A stretch of 64,000 nt of DNA from Vicugna vicugna (GCA_013265495.1 MU058065.1:3947003-4011002); one strand, 5' to 3'. Positions 24,529-37,807 are shown, counted from the stretch's first letter. Notes: a model not told the origin generated them from the sequence alone. Translations and numbers: made by a program.

Positions 24529-25119
24529 GTTAATGCGGGCTTATCCACTTATTCTTTCTTGTTCCCTGTTTCCTTGGATCATCAGTTGTGTGTTTGTATG
24601 AGTTGCATGTTGATACTTTAAAAATGATCTAGAGAAAAAAGCCATCCTAGGAAACCAGATGCAGTCATTCAGGAAATCCATAAATCTCTCTTACCCAGTA
24701 CTTCCAAGATTTTGCTGCTGCATGGGGATTGGGGTCGTAAAATGCAGAGCTTTATCACCTTCAAACTCAAACTCTGCCAAGAAGAAACAAGGTTCCAACA
24801 CTATGATTCATTAGTGTTACTCCAGCAGAAGAGCTGTACAGTGGTGGGAATATGTCTTGGAAGGAAATCCTAATGAAAGGACTGTTTGCTTTGCTGTCTT
24901 GATTAACTCATAGAAGCTGAATCATTACTTAACAGCAGAAATATGATTAATTGGTATAAAGGGGGAAAAAAGAGAAACTGAATAGAGAGAAAACTGAGAG
25001 AAAAGAAAAAAATGGATTAAAAAAAAAGACCAGACACTATTTTAACTCCCTGTGCCCTTGTCCTGTCCTATTGTCTTCAAGGAATAAGTGCCATACGACT
25101 CAGTCTTGGCTACTCGGCT

Positions 25120-25567
25120 ACCAGTCCTATTGGTAGGTTGGCACTTACGAAAGGGTGTACCTATATGAGCCTTGGGGACATCCAAAAATTAATGGTCAAG
25201 ATGCCCCATTTTATGACTGTGGAAGTCTTTTTGTCCAGCAGCCTTGATGCTTCTGGAAGAGGTGATGTGACATTGCTTTGGTGGCAGTGATGAAATCATG
25301 CAAGGCTCAACCGCAGAGACCTCTAACAGAAGCATCCTGTGTGTTTGGTGCTAGTGGTGGTGTACGTGCAGGCAGCGGCACCTGCCGCCTGGTGGAGGAA
25401 GCAGAACTGTCCTCACCAGACTGGCTTCGCCCTGTGATTTTAGACATTAAACTTCATGACATCCCCGAGGTTCTGTGAGCTAATCAATACATTGAATACT
25501 TTTTCTTTCTCCTGAAATCATCCAGAGTCATTTTGTTGTTTATACTTAAGCATCTTGATGGACTCAC
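25120..25567 (+). mobile_element. ERVL LTR remnant (LTR33/LTR16-like)
   Basis: 3' end TTCTGTGAGCTA...TTTCTCCTGAAA...CCAGAGT...TGTTGTTT...CTTGATGGACTCA. Confidence 0.55.
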
Positions 25568-27884
25568 TGTGGCAACACAGCACCAACGCTATGGTTAGGA
25601 AGGCAGTGGTAAGAATTAAGTCCAATGTGAGCAATGAGATTCAACATGGAAGAGTTAGGGAAAGCCCTGGAAGCCAAAGTCCGTGCGTGTGTGTGGACCA
25701 TGTCTGGGTGTGCAGCTCAGCAGAAGGCCATGAGTGATCTACCGAAGTCCCACCTACCGGACAGGAGTGGGTCCAGCGGCTCAAAACTCTGGGTCACACC
25801 AGAAACACAGGATGCTCAGACCTTTCCAGACAATAGAGATTAGAAAATGGGAAGATTTCAGAATGAATACGGTAATTTCCCTCAGAATTGATATTTTACT
25901 TGGAAATATTTAACTGTGGTAATACATCTGTTGAACTTTCAATGAGGCAGATAATAGGGTATAAAAGGTCATATTACTCATCATATACAATCTCTGTTCC
26001 AAAACACATTGCTCAGAGCGAAACTGTTCTACAAGGTATTACTGTGTATCTCCTATCTTAGGAGAAGGTAAAATATAAATAGTTTGCATTTTTGTTAAAT
26101 GAACATTTCCCAGGAAAGCATCCACTCCTTTTTCTCTTTCCTTGGATTATTTAAATTTGAGTGAATGACTATCATAGAAATCATTTGCTAATTTTTTTCT
26201 TATTAATATTTAGCATTTAATAGCACTTTCTCGCCAGATAATGCTTTTCCTAGCCATTTATTTATAGTTAATTGTTTCCACTTACCAGACTGTTGCATCA
26301 GATTACTCTCCATCTTTTTTTTTTTTTTTTAATAAGTTGCATGTTTCCTAAGTGATCATCTGGAGGCGCCACTATTTTGTCTCTGGTTAGGGGATTTTTC
26401 TGCTTACTCTGTGTGGACTTGTGACCATTTTTTTTTATTTTGCAGAGAAGGAGGTGATAAAGGTGTTGCAAATGGAACTGAGTCATGTGGCTAAGGCGCC
26501 ATGAGGGCAACAAACTCTGATAGAGAGTCATTTTCTCCACAAAAGGGACAGGCATTTGACTTCATGGCTTCTGTTCTGACCTGGGATTGAGAGTGTATGG
26601 GTTGGAAAGATTGTGCAAGTAAGGTCTGGCAACTTTTGGACCTGGTGGATCTGCTGAGGTTGACTGATCCACCTTTGTCTACCCAAGGTTTATTCACCTT
26701 GGACCCTGGTTCTTGGGCTCCTTTGTCAGAAGGACAAGTTTAAAGACAACAAAACTTCCACTGACCCTGGAGTACCTACAGGTCAGGATCTATCTGAGTA
26801 GGAAAAAGACTCGGGGTGTTGGCAGTGAGGATAAGAACTTGACTAGAGAGGAATTAGGGCATTCTTTGAGAATAATCTGGAAAAGTAGATTATTTAGTAT
26901 AGTTTATTTGACTTACGGTAAGCACAGAAATATTTCCTTTTCTCCTCCTTTTCATCCTTATCCTGTGTTTCCATTTTACACACTCACACGTTCTTTTACA
27001 GAATGTGAAAGGGCCAACGTAAAACAACAGTTGAGCAAAAATGTGGTTCTCCTGATTAAAACGCCAGCCTGTAAAGTCCCATGTTTCACATCAGACCCCC
27101 ACATTTGTGTTGATGTCCAAAGTATCGCTTTCAACAATCAACTCACTAAAAAGTATAAACCACGTGTTTGTTCCCTAACGCTAGCATACAAATGAGGTTG
27201 ACCATAGTGAAATATTGTCAGATACATGAACTCAAGGATTTTCTTTCTTACTTCTCATGTTCCAAGTCTATTAAATAATTGATGTTCACAACTGAATGCA
27301 CAAAGGACCCATGGATATTTATGGGGTTGAACTGAAAGGCTGGTAACAGACCCTCTAAGCACTGATGATATATAATTTGGAGCCACCCGACATAAACTTA
27401 ATACTGGAAAAGCGAATGATATTTTGCTAGGAATGTGAACTTCAAATCTACTAGTGTGTTTCTAAATCACAGGCAGAGTGTTGAAATGGCCTTAGATCTT
27501 GGCTTTCTCTGACCACTCTTCCAGCACCAGTTACTCTAGAGTCCATTGCAAAGACCACCCTTCATCTATGACCAGCGTTAAGACAAGGAATCCTGTGTTA
27601 CATAGTTGGGGCAGTAGAAGCGGTTGGAGTAATCACTGAAGAAGTTAATTTTCAGTCTAAATGTTACTTGTGTGTGTGTTAAAAAGCCCACACCTTTACT
27701 CATTAGTTTATTCAACTTACATTACCAGACACTGTCAGGAAAAGAGATACAAAGATGAAGGATGGAGTCACTCCAAAGTAGGAAGGTAGGTAGGTAGATA
27801 ATAACAGTTAAGTGGACAAGACAGACAAGGGCACCTTTATGTGGTCAGTGTAACAGGTATGGACGTAGGCACAGGCTATGATAA

Positions 27885-28065
27885 AAGCAACATAATATAG
27901 TGGTTAAAGGACTGGGTTTGGTCTCAAATGGTAACTCTTCTACATACTAACTGTGGTAACTTGAGGCAACTTCCCTGATCGCTCTGAGCATTAATTTCAC
28001 CTGTGAAAGAGAAATAATGTTATTTACGTTTCAGAATATATTTGAGGATTAAATTAGAACAACTA
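27885..28065 (+). mobile_element. MIR fragment
   Basis: ATAGTGGTTAAAGG...ACTAACTGTG...CTCTGAGC...TGAGGATTAAAT. Confidence 0.75.
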
Positions 28066-28069
28066 TTAT

Positions 28070-28577
28070 GATATTTCTAAACATGGTCTGGGGGACTCCT
28101 GGGGTCTCTGAGATTTTTTTCAGGGGTCTACTTTTCATTAAAATGTTTAGAAATATTTACCTTTTCACTGTCCTTTTGTTTTTATAACAATACTAAGATG
28201 ATATATGCCTTTTTCTCTTCTTTCACGAGTGTACAGTGGAGTATACAGTGATGTGTGATAGCTCAACAGACTAAGTCCAGGAGAAGATGAGAAAATCCAG
28301 ATGTCTTCCATTAAGACATTAAAGAGATTTACAGACATGCAATTTTTGTTTTGAAAGATATTTTATTTTTATGAAAATATATATGTTCCCATGTTTATCA
28401 TCATTGTATCTGAATCATTATTTTAAAGTGAATTCATGAATATTTTGAAATGTTCTAAGTTTTACCCTATAATATTACACATATTTATGGATAGGACCCA
28501 TGTAAACAAAAGCTCTTTGGGGGCCTCAAGGAAGGATGTTAAAGGGGGATGGACACCAAAATGTTTGAGAACAACTA
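28070..28577 (+). mobile_element. MER119-like hAT-Charlie DNA transposon
   Basis: CCTGGGGTCTCTGAGA...CACGAGTGTACAGTGGAG...ATCCAGATGTCTTC...GACATTAAAGAGATTT...AAAAGCTCTTTGGGG...TTTGAGAACAACT. Confidence 0.8.
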
Positions 28578-29289
28578 AATTAGAACATTGCCTGATACAT
28601 ATAGGAACCATCAAAATGGTCACTGTTACCATTATTATTAGTAGGAGACCTAAAAGCTAGATCGTTTGTGATGGGGATTCTGTTGGGGACTCAAGGGAGG
28701 AACATAATCAAGGCAACCTGAGGATTTAATACCTAAACTGAGTTAAAAAGAGCCAATCTATTCTGTATATCTGGATTTAAGAGGTGGTTAATAAATTAAC
28801 CCAGACATTGACCATATTCATTACATTGCATTTGTCATGGTGGGGTTACAAGTGGAGGTGGGAGAGAGTGCTGGCATTGAAGTAGCTGAGAAGCTACTTG
28901 GAATGACAAAACTTTTACGTGGAAAAGAGAACTCCTGATACAGGATTACAAAACAGGGGCTAGTGTCAGCTGGTGGGTGATACGGGACAAAAAAGCCCAG
29001 TAAGTGTTAAAGATTCATAGAAGGTTATCACTGAAAGGACACGTGGTTTTCTTTTAGAGCCAACAAGTTATTTTTATATTTTAAAATTACAGACGTATTG
29101 CAAGAATACATTTTCTGCACACAAAACATCCTAAGTTTTGGGAGAGTGGAGGGGGGAAGGTAAAATTGAAACTTTAGCTCTCAACCCAACTATCCTCTTC
29201 TATCCGGTGATAATTGCCATAAATAGTTTGGTAACTATCTTTCTAGACCTTTTTTTTTTTCCTATTCATTAAATATAGAGAAAATAATA

Positions 29290-29470
29290 ATATCAAATTA
29301 GCACTTACCAAATTCCAGACATGATCCTAACTCATTGATCTTTATCAACTCATGTGATCTTCACAAAAGCCCATGGAGCATTTGCCATTATTAGTCCTCT
29401 TTCACCAGTGGGGATGAGGCACAGAGAGGCTAAGCAGCCTGCCCAGGGTCACACAGCTGCTGTGTGACTT
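29290..29470 (-). mobile_element. MIR fragment
   Basis: TGAGGCACAGAGAGGCTAAGCAGCCTGCCCAGGGTCACACAGCT. Confidence 0.8.
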
Positions 29471-30249
29471 TATACCCTTCACTTGGATAAACAGAAGGAC
29501 AGACACATAGATAGGAAGGTATATAAACATACCATGTTTTAAAAATTTGTTTTTATATAAATGGGATTGTAGCATACATGTTACTGAATGACTTGCTTTT
29601 TTCACTCCACAGTGAAAACAGAACCTGACTTTATTTGACTTAATAGTTTCACAGTCTTTTTAATAGCTCTATTATCAGCTTAATGCACATTTTGGACTTC
29701 TAGGATACAAACAGGGAAGTGTTCTTTTACAACCATATCCCGTTTGATTTCCCTTTCAAGCATCTTAATGACATTTGGGCCGGATCTCTCAGTAGTTTTA
29801 ACAATGGCAAACTCACCATAGTCCAACTTAAGGCCCCCATCTCCTCCCCTCCCCATTACTGGTCTCTCCTGCAGAGGTTTCTGTTTCTCTGCTGATTACA
29901 ACTGGGGTAGGAAGCAGGGGTGATGGTAGTGGGACAAAGGGACAAATGTCACTTCATTTGCCTGTAAGTGCAGTCAGCATAAGGTGGTGGTCAAAACCTC
30001 TTGTTGTCAGGTGCCCAGACATTGGCTTCCTGAGGGAATGTGTGTGAGTTCTAGATCTTCAAGATATCTGTGAGGGGCAGGTGGCTGCAAGTAACAGCTT
30101 TTCATAAAGCTAGAATCCTTGAAGTCCTTCTGATATAAAAAGGGGAGAACTGCACTGTCTTCCATGAGCTTTCATTGGAGAGGACAAGGTTTCCCATGAG
30201 AAATCAAAACCTCTATCCCAGGCTTATGGAATGTGAGTTTATACTACCA

Positions 30250-31300
30250 TGTTGTCTGGGTTCCCCAAACAGCATAATTAATGTAGACAGGCACCTGGAA
30301 TCTCTGGAGGTCCAGATGAGGCAAATGCAAAAACACTCTATACATTTGCTTTCACAAGCCAGGGCACCATCCTGCCAAAGATGAGCTCACACTAAAAAAT
30401 CACAAAACACAAGAAGAAATAAACCATGTGAGAGAGAAAGGGTGTCTGCATATGTGACACACAGCAGAAGGAGCCTCCAGAGAACTAAAAACACTAGGAA
30501 AATATGAAAGAGATGATAAGGTAAATCTTTAAATGATTAAAATGAAAAAATTAAAACCCCAGTGAAAGAATAGGAAAAATTAAAATGTAAATCATGTTCT
30601 ATATTTTTAAAATCTTTTCTGGAATTACTTTATATATTTAATTCTTTAATCTACCTACAATTTATTTATTCAGATCATGAAAGGATCTAGTTTATTTTTC
30701 CAAATGGGTATCTATTTTCCCCAGATCACTTTTTGAATAGTTCCTCTTTTCTTCACTGATTTTGAAATGCCAAGGTGATTATAATAAATTCCTGAATATT
30801 CCCTCTACATATGAATCCATTTCAAAATGCTGTTCTCATGTCTATTACTATACCAAGACACTCTTAATTAACATAATTTTAGCATGTTTTGATGTTAGGT
30901 TGGGAGAGTGATCTTTCATAATTCTTCTTCTGTATTTTTTTTCCAAATTACTTTCTACCTTTTCAGTTCTATATCATGCATCCTCAGTGGGGGTGATGTC
31001 CCCAAGAGGGCAAAATTTAGTTCTCGGGGAGTGAATAACCTTACTCATTTTTATGTTCAAGCACTGATAGATACACATACAGTGCTGCAACAGGTATGTT
31101 CTATACCTTTGGTATTAATATTTCATGGGGGGTGATTAAGAAAAATATTAAAAAGGTTCTTTAAGGTAATGATAATATTAGTAGTAATAGTAATAATAAA
31201 AATATAATAATAACAGCAACAACAGTGTAATGAAAACACGGAAGGACACTTCTAGATGAGCTTTGGAATTAGTTTGTCAATTTCCTGCTGATTTTTGCAA
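30250..31300. mobile_element. Old L1M/HAL1-like fragments containing a nested hAT MITE
   Basis: AAAAATCACAAAACAC (+, about 30395); TTTTCCAAATGG...TTTTGAATAGT (-, about 30700); GATGAGCTTTGGAATTAGTTTGTCAA resumes after the MITE. Confidence 0.5.
30975..31252 (+). mobile_element. MER112/MER105-like hAT-Charlie MITE
   Basis: GGGGGTGATGTCCCCAAGAGGGCAAAATT...GATACACATACAGT...GGTATTAATATTTCATGGGGGGTGATTA; internal (TAA)n expansion. Confidence 0.7.
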
Positions 31301-32199
31301 AAATGACTGTGGAGACCAGAGAGATGACATCACTTGACCTAGGTCATATTGCAAATTAGGAGCAGATCTGCAGTGAACACCCACTCTTGATGCTTACTTT
31401 TTACTTTAGCGTATTTTGGTCTATCTTGGCACCTCAAATATGAAATCCCTCCTAGGCTTTTAAGCAGCTCTGTGCACTGAACAGTCCTCAATAAGCACAA
31501 CCCTCCCTCCCTAGTTCAGGGAGGCTGCATTTGAGTCCGCCTGTTGACATCCATCTTCTGGCCTTTCTTTCCCCGTTGCCTCTCCCTTTCTTAGAAGCTT
31601 GACAGTAAATTATGACATCAATCAGCGTCCTCCAGAGACAGCAGAGATAAGCACCCCTCTGTGAGGCCCTCGGGTTTGGGCTTCAGGCTCTAGTGAAATC
31701 TACCAGAAGTTCAGATGAGGGGAAGACCTTTGGGCTATGTTGATTGGGAAAAACTAAGAGATTGAGAGAAGATGAATATGGCAAGGGAAAAAGAAAATGT
31801 CCATGAATAGGAGAGGGGGAGAAAAGACTGACAGTTACTGAAACTGGATTCATTATGCCTTTCTCTCTACTTTTGCATAATAAAGAAGTAAATAAAACAA
31901 GCAAAACTTTACGTTCTCATCACATTCAATCATTCTACTTTTCCACCCTGTTACACCTCCCCTGTATTTCTGCAGCTCAGCAATGAAGAGGCATTATCAG
32001 ACTGTCTTTTCTTTAATCCACCTTTCTCCAACTACCTCTCCTGCTTCTGACTTTTTCAGGGAGAGGAATAGCAGGACGAGGAAATAAAGGAGAACTGGGA
32101 AAAGCTCTTTTACTTAGCAGGTACTATCTGTCATTGTCTCTTGGCTATTGACCACACTAATCCCTGATGCCCACAGAGCACCCTCTACCTGGGCTCTTA

Positions 32200-32690
32200 C
32201 AGTTCTACCCATAACCAGCCAGATGTGCCCCAGGGATCCCCACTCCTGGGATTCTCCCTTGTGTAGTCCCCTAGCACATTGTACCAGGGTTGCTATGTAA
32301 TACAAGAGAAATGAAGTTACATCACTTCCAAGATTAGATTGTGAAACACACTGCAACTTCCATCTCAGTCTCTTCTCTCATTGCTTGCTTCAAGGAAAGT
32401 CAACTGCCAAAATAAAGCAACCCTATGGCGAGACCAGTTTACTAAGGAGCTGAGGCTTTCTTCTAACAGCCATGTGGGTGAGGATGGATACAGATCCAGA
32501 CAAGGTTTGGGATGACTATAGCCCTGGATGGCAACTTGAGTGCATCCTCAAAGAGACCCTGAGCCAAAACCAGTCAGCCAAGCTGAATGATTCGTGATCC
32601 ATGGAAATTATGTGAGATATTAAACATTTGCTTTTTTATGCTGCTAAGTTTGGGGATAATTTGTTACACAGCAGTAGATAACTAATATAC
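32200..32690 (+). mobile_element. MLT1F-like solo LTR
   Basis: CACTTCCAAGATTAG...GAGACCCTGAGCC...GCTAAGTTTGGGGATAATTTGTTACACAGCAGTAGATAACTAATATA. Confidence 0.85.
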
Positions 32691-32974
32691 TTCCTCAGCT
32701 CTGGCCGTAGCAGTACATTTCTGCAGTTGCTTTATCCCTGAAAGGAGTCTTGACAAATGGTTCTTTAACTGTAGATCTGTCCTGATTGTCCTCAGAAGTG
32801 TTCATGTAGACTGAGGCAAACATGTGCCCTTGGCCTGCGCTCTGTGCCCCCGGCTCTGACTGTAGCTTTCTCTCTTCACCTTGGTGTAGCGGGGGGCAAA
32901 CACCAGGATCTGGAACCCCAAGCTTCAAGGAACAATAATCCTTCAAGAATTCTCCTGTGTTCCATTTCGTCATG

Positions 32975-33210
32975 GGCCTGTATGTTGTGACAAATTCCCA
33001 CGCCGCTGAGTGCTGAAAACAACAAACTTATTCTCTTATAGTCTGAGACCAGAATTCTAAAATCAAGTGCCACTCAGGTCATGTTCCCTTCAAAGATTCT
33101 AGGGGAGAATCTTGCCTTTTCTCTTCAAGCCTCTGGTGGCTCCAGACCTTCTTTGGCTTATGGCCACATAACCCCAACTTTTGCCTCTCTTTTCGCATGG
33201 CCTTCTCCTC
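32975..33210 (-). mobile_element. MLT1B/C-like LTR fragment
   Basis: TATTCTCTTATAGTCTG...AAATCAAG...CTAGGGGAGAATC...CTGGTGGCT...CATGGCCTTCTC. Confidence 0.75.
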
Positions 33211-33234
33211 ATATACACCAGTACGAATGGGCGT

Positions 33235-33506
33235 ACATGAGAACAGAAACAGACTCACAGATACAGAAAACAAGCTAGTGGTTACCAAAGGGGGGAGGGA
33301 AGGGGGGAGGCGCAAATTGAGGGTATGGGATTAAGGGATACAAACTAGCATGTATAAAATAGATAAGCGACAAAGATATATTGTATAGCATAGCCACTAT
33401 TTTGTAATAACTTTTAATGGAGTATAATCTGTAAAAATACTGAATTACTGTGCTGTACACCTGAAACTAGTATAATATCACAAGTTAACTATACCTCAGT
33501 AAAAAT
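33235..33506 (+). mobile_element. Cetartiodactyl-type L1 3' end
   Basis: AACAGAAACAGACTCACAGATACAGAAAACAAGCTAGTGGTTACCAAAGGGG...GCTGTACACCTGAAACTA. Confidence 0.85.
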
Positions 33507-33539
33507 TACTAGTGTATGGGAAATAAAAGGGGAAATCAA

Positions 33540-34500
33540 AGAGGAACACGGTAAATAATCCATGGGGATGTGATCAGCAAAATGTAGAGTATGAGAGCTT
33601 TAAAGGGCAAATGACCTAGTTTCTTGAACAAATACATTGCAAAGAAAGAAAAGTTGGAGGAACTTATAGATTAAAACACGTTTGACAAATATATCGAACA
33701 GATTAAAGATGTGGATCCTGATTCAAAATCTCTAACTATAAAAACTGTTATAAGCCAAAAAAATGTAATTCTCACTGGATATTTGATTATATTGATGTAT
33801 TATTTTGATATAATAATGATATTTAGTTATATAATTTTAGAAAATAATCTTTATCTTCTTCAGATACTTACTGAAGTATTATGGCTGAAAGAGTATGTCT
33901 GAGATTTGATTCAAAATAGTCCCGATAGAAGCAGGGAATGTATATGAAATAAGATGGGATCATCTGTTGATAAATGTTAAAGCTGAGTGATGGACATGTG
34001 GGTATGTGTTATATTATTATCTCTATTCTTGTAAGTGTATCAGTTAACTATTATAGTAATGCTTCGTAACAACCAGCTATAAGACTTCCCAGTAGCATAG
34101 AGTAGTAAATATATATTGCTGTACTTCTGGGATCAACTGTGAATTGTTTAGGTAGCACTGCTGATCTTGGCTGGGCTTATTCATACATCTGATGTTGGCT
34201 AGCTGTCTGATGGAGGATGGCCACGGTTGGAGCACTGAGATGACTCACCTCTGTGTCACAAATCTCATTCTTCAATAGACTAGTTGGGCATCTTTTATTG
34301 CTCTGACGGAGTGCAAGAGGGCAATGAAACATGTAAAGCCTCTTGAAGTCTAAGCTTTAAAAATAGCTTCAATCTTCTGGCCTCAGCATGTCCCATGGCA
34401 AAGAGGAGGAGTATACAAAATACTCATGTGACAAAGGGGCTGGACATAAGGAAAGATGAAAAGTTAAGACCAGTATGTATTTGAAATTTTCCATAATTGC
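33540..34500 (+). mobile_element. L1ME/MC 3' end interrupted by an MLT1 LTR
   Basis: TGTGGATCCTGATTCAAA...TGTTAAAGCTGAGTGATGG...CTCTATTCTTGT [insertion] ATGTATTTGAAATTTTCCATAAT. Confidence 0.7.
34036..34475 (-). mobile_element. MLT1H-like solo LTR
   Basis: TGTATCAGTTAACTAT...GCTGATCTTGGCTGGGCTTATTCAT...AAGCCTCTTG. Confidence 0.75.
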
Positions 34501-34929
34501 AAATTTGTATATATGGCTGTGTACAATATAGACAACACCAACAACTGAATAGACAAAAGCAATGTTTTTGATACTAAAGCAGTTTTCTTAAAGACTCTGA
34601 TATAGTCATTGTTTTTGCTAATTTTTTTCATAAATCATTGATAAGGTAATACCTACTTCATGAAATCATTATAAGTATTAACTTAGGTTTTGTTTGTAAA
34701 GTGCTTAGCATAGTATTTGGCACCTGAGTGTTCAATAGATGAAAATAATAGCAACAACAACAATAATAATAATATTGATAATAATAGTAGTTGCTCCTGT
34801 TACTGTTATTAGGTAAAATTCCTGATCTCTGAAAAGATCATGATTATAATATGATACCACCTCTAATTTTACTTCTAGGTCAAATAAATTACTTGAATAT
34901 GGGTACCATATCTCATCTGAAAATAATGC

Positions 34930-35260
34930 AAGGTAAGCAATTATGAATATGCTGAAATATGTAGCTGTCTGAATATTTTTGCAGCATTATTTATGAAAGC
35001 AAAATACAAACAACAGAAAACCTGAAAATAATTTAAATGTCCCAAAAAAGGAATGCTTAAAAAATTTATGGTATATACATACAAGAATGCCTTGTTTTCA
35101 TTGATGATAAAGTTGTAGAAGCATATTGGATTATGTATAATGTACCTCATTTTGTAGAACTATACATAATTATTTTAAGATTTATGCAAAATGTTAATAA
35201 TTTTCTTTAACTGTTAAGATTATTCTTTCAACATTATTTATAATAAAAATTTTAAGCAAG
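34930..35260 (+). mobile_element. Old L1M fragment
   Basis: TTTGCAGCATTATTTAT...TAAATGTCC...AAATTTATGGTATATACATAC. Confidence 0.65.
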
Positions 35261-36629
35261 ACTATCTTTATGAAATCTTGAGTATTTGATATATAGTTTG
35301 AGGAAAGTCCAAGCATCACTGATGTAGACAAAGCCATTAGCTACATCCACATGTGCATAACAGATTTAGGTGTTTTCATTATTACTGTTGATAAGATAAC
35401 AAATTGCCCAATGGCTAACTGTTTATGCTAACTTGTTAGAGGCTCCATGGAGTTAAAATGGTCAAATCAATTGCATGTAGCCATGGCCTCAGACCATGAG
35501 GTGGGCTAAAATGAGCAAAACCTGGACCTTCTCCAAAAACACATCCCCCCTTAAGGCAAGATAGGATATGAACCTTGACTAGAACAAGAGGCATGCAGGA
35601 GTGTTCATAGTGGAAAAGCATTCGCCAGTGTTAGGTCCAATCTAGGAGGCCAAGGGGTGAGACTTACAAAATAAATGGGATATGTATTTTCAGGCTTCCA
35701 CAGGGATTGAAACTATTAAACACGTGATGATTTTTATTGAGCTTTGAGAAGACAATAAAAATGACAACTCTTATTTTGGTCTGTTGGCTTGGCATGAGAT
35801 AAATATTCCAGAGCCTTTCTATAAAAGGTATTAGTAGAATGCTAGTGTGGTAGATACCAGAAATTAGGACACTGCAGCCAAAGCCTGAATGGTAGGGAGA
35901 GGAGGGGAAGCAAGGGATGGGAGGGCTGAAGATAGGTTTCTGAGCACAACAGAAGACAACTGAAGGACTTTAAGCAATACTGATCAAGGATCAAATGGGT
36001 CCCATGAAACAACGGTCCAATGAACAAGTTTCTGTGTATTTCAGAAAAATATATATACAGATATGAATAGATGTTTTCCCCATCATTTGTAACACCAAGT
36101 TGCTGGAACAGTATTTGTGTTTTATACAAATTAATCGTGATTAATCTTTAAAATGGTCTCGATAAATTCCAGAAAATTCTCATCCCTTAAAGGTCTCTCT
36201 CCATTCCAGAAAATCATGCTTGCACTTGTTAAAATGTGCTTTATGATCTCAAAATGCTGGATTAGAGCGTTTCCTTAAATGAGTTGCTATAAATTAGACT
36301 GAGTACTGCAGATTACTCCATAATTTGTTTTCTGCCAAACAGATAATGCATTCAGCACATCATATTTATTAAAGCCGCTAAACTTCTACCTTTTGCTCTC
36401 TAATTAGGTTTTTCTTGTTACTTCGTGTTTCAGAAAATATGACTGTTCCATCCCTTAAAACTAATGAGCCCCAGCTGGGACAGGATTAGAGCTGCTCCTG
36501 CGGGAGTGGGTTTACCCTTTGTTGTGTTCATTCAGAGTCTGCAGTCTTGGGGTCCTGCTACTGAATGGGAATGTCTTGCCAAAATGAGCATGACTACATT
36601 TGCATCACATGCCTGCCACTCAGTCCTAC

Positions 36630-36884
36630 CCTATTTATCATGGTAGCAGGAAGATGTCTCTCTCAGCAACATCTGGAAAGTTACTCGAGAAACTTCTTGT
36701 TGATCAGTTGTTCATTGTGAGATACCCGGAGGGTCGGTTAAGGGGAGACCAACTTGATTACCAGCGAGGCTTTCTGGTTTTTAAGACACAGTTAGAATTT
36801 TACTTTATGCCTGTAGACAACTTCTTATTAGAAAAACACCAAACTGCCAAGAATATCACTGTTGAGCCCACATTTATAGTTTTT
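36630..36884 (+). mobile_element. Probable ancient non-LTR retrotransposon RT fossil (RTE/RTE-X/L4-like)
   Basis: Translation PIYHGSRK-SLSATSGKLLEKLLVDQL-EGRLRGDQLDYQRG-FLLEKH-PTFIVF parallels LINE RT motifs PIYKKG / ISLLS..GKL / L..EQ.GFR.G / LIEKY / AFIDF. Confidence 0.5.
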
Positions 36885-36927
36885 ACTTTATATAATAAAA
36901 GGTCATCAAATGTGCTTCATTATGTAT

Positions 36928-37086
36928 TGGGAAGAACACATGGAGGGATTCTGGGAACTAGCTACGTTCGATTTCTTGATCTCGGAGGGAGTTATATTGT
37001 GTCCCTTTTATATTTATTCATCAGGCCATACAAATATGTCTTGTGTATTTTTAGCTATACATGTTTATTTCACATTTTTTAAAAAA
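36928..37086 (+). mobile_element. L1ME 3' end fragment
   Basis: GGGATTCTGGGA...TTCGATTTCTTGATCT...TATTCATCAGGC...TATTTCACAT followed by an A-rich end. Confidence 0.7.
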
Positions 37087-37544
37087 TGTAATTCATGTGA
37101 ATATGAAAATGTGGTGTGCATCTCTGTTAAGACAAAGAGTGTATACCAGAAATGTTTTCTTTCCCCCAGATTCAAATCAAGTCTCATCTACGCTAAGTCT
37201 GCTGGTCACTTCATCCCCCAGTGATCCCACCACTTCAGGCAGTTGGAGTCTGCACCGTATACTTTTATTTCCTCCATTAATTCTATTCATTCTTATTCTG
37301 TTTATTGCTTTACTTGGGTTCCTTATTTCTTGCAGGTTAAGATTATAAAGTTCTCAAGGCGGAGATCATTTCTTATGCTTTTAAAAAATGTTTTGCCGAA
37401 CACATTCTAGATGCTCAAGAAATACTTGTTGATTCAACCTAGCAGATTTGGAATCGTTCTGTTTTCTCGGCAATGGGACCTAAAGCTAACAAATAATACT
37501 GGAGATACTTGTTCCACTTTTGTTAAGAAAAGAAGAGCAATACT

Positions 37545-37775
37545 GAGCAGCAGTTAAGAATGGGGCTCTAGAGTCTGATAGGCTTGGATTCAAATTCCTA
37601 TTTCAACACTTGATAATTGTACATCTTCGGGAGAATGAAGATTCAGCTTCTTAAAATGAAAATAAAGGCACCTACTTAATGTTTTTGTAAAGATGAAGTA
37701 AAGGTGATGCACCTGGAGCATTTAGAAAGCTACCTTGCACATCGTAAGCATGCCACAAATGTAAGCCATTATTAT
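37545..37775 (+). mobile_element. MIR
   Basis: GTTAAGAATGGGGCTCTAGAGTC...GGATTCAAATTCC...GCATTTAGAA...GCACATCGTAAGC. Confidence 0.8.

Positions 37776-37806
<31 letters not shown>
37768..37806. repeat. (TAC)n microsatellite at the MIR tail
   Basis: ATTATTATTACTACTACT... with about 10 TAC units. Confidence 0.9.

Positions 37807-37807
<1 letters not shown>

Noticed and set aside
26713..27195. 160-aa ORF
   Set aside because: Non-ATG start, no domain similarity, no exon boundaries
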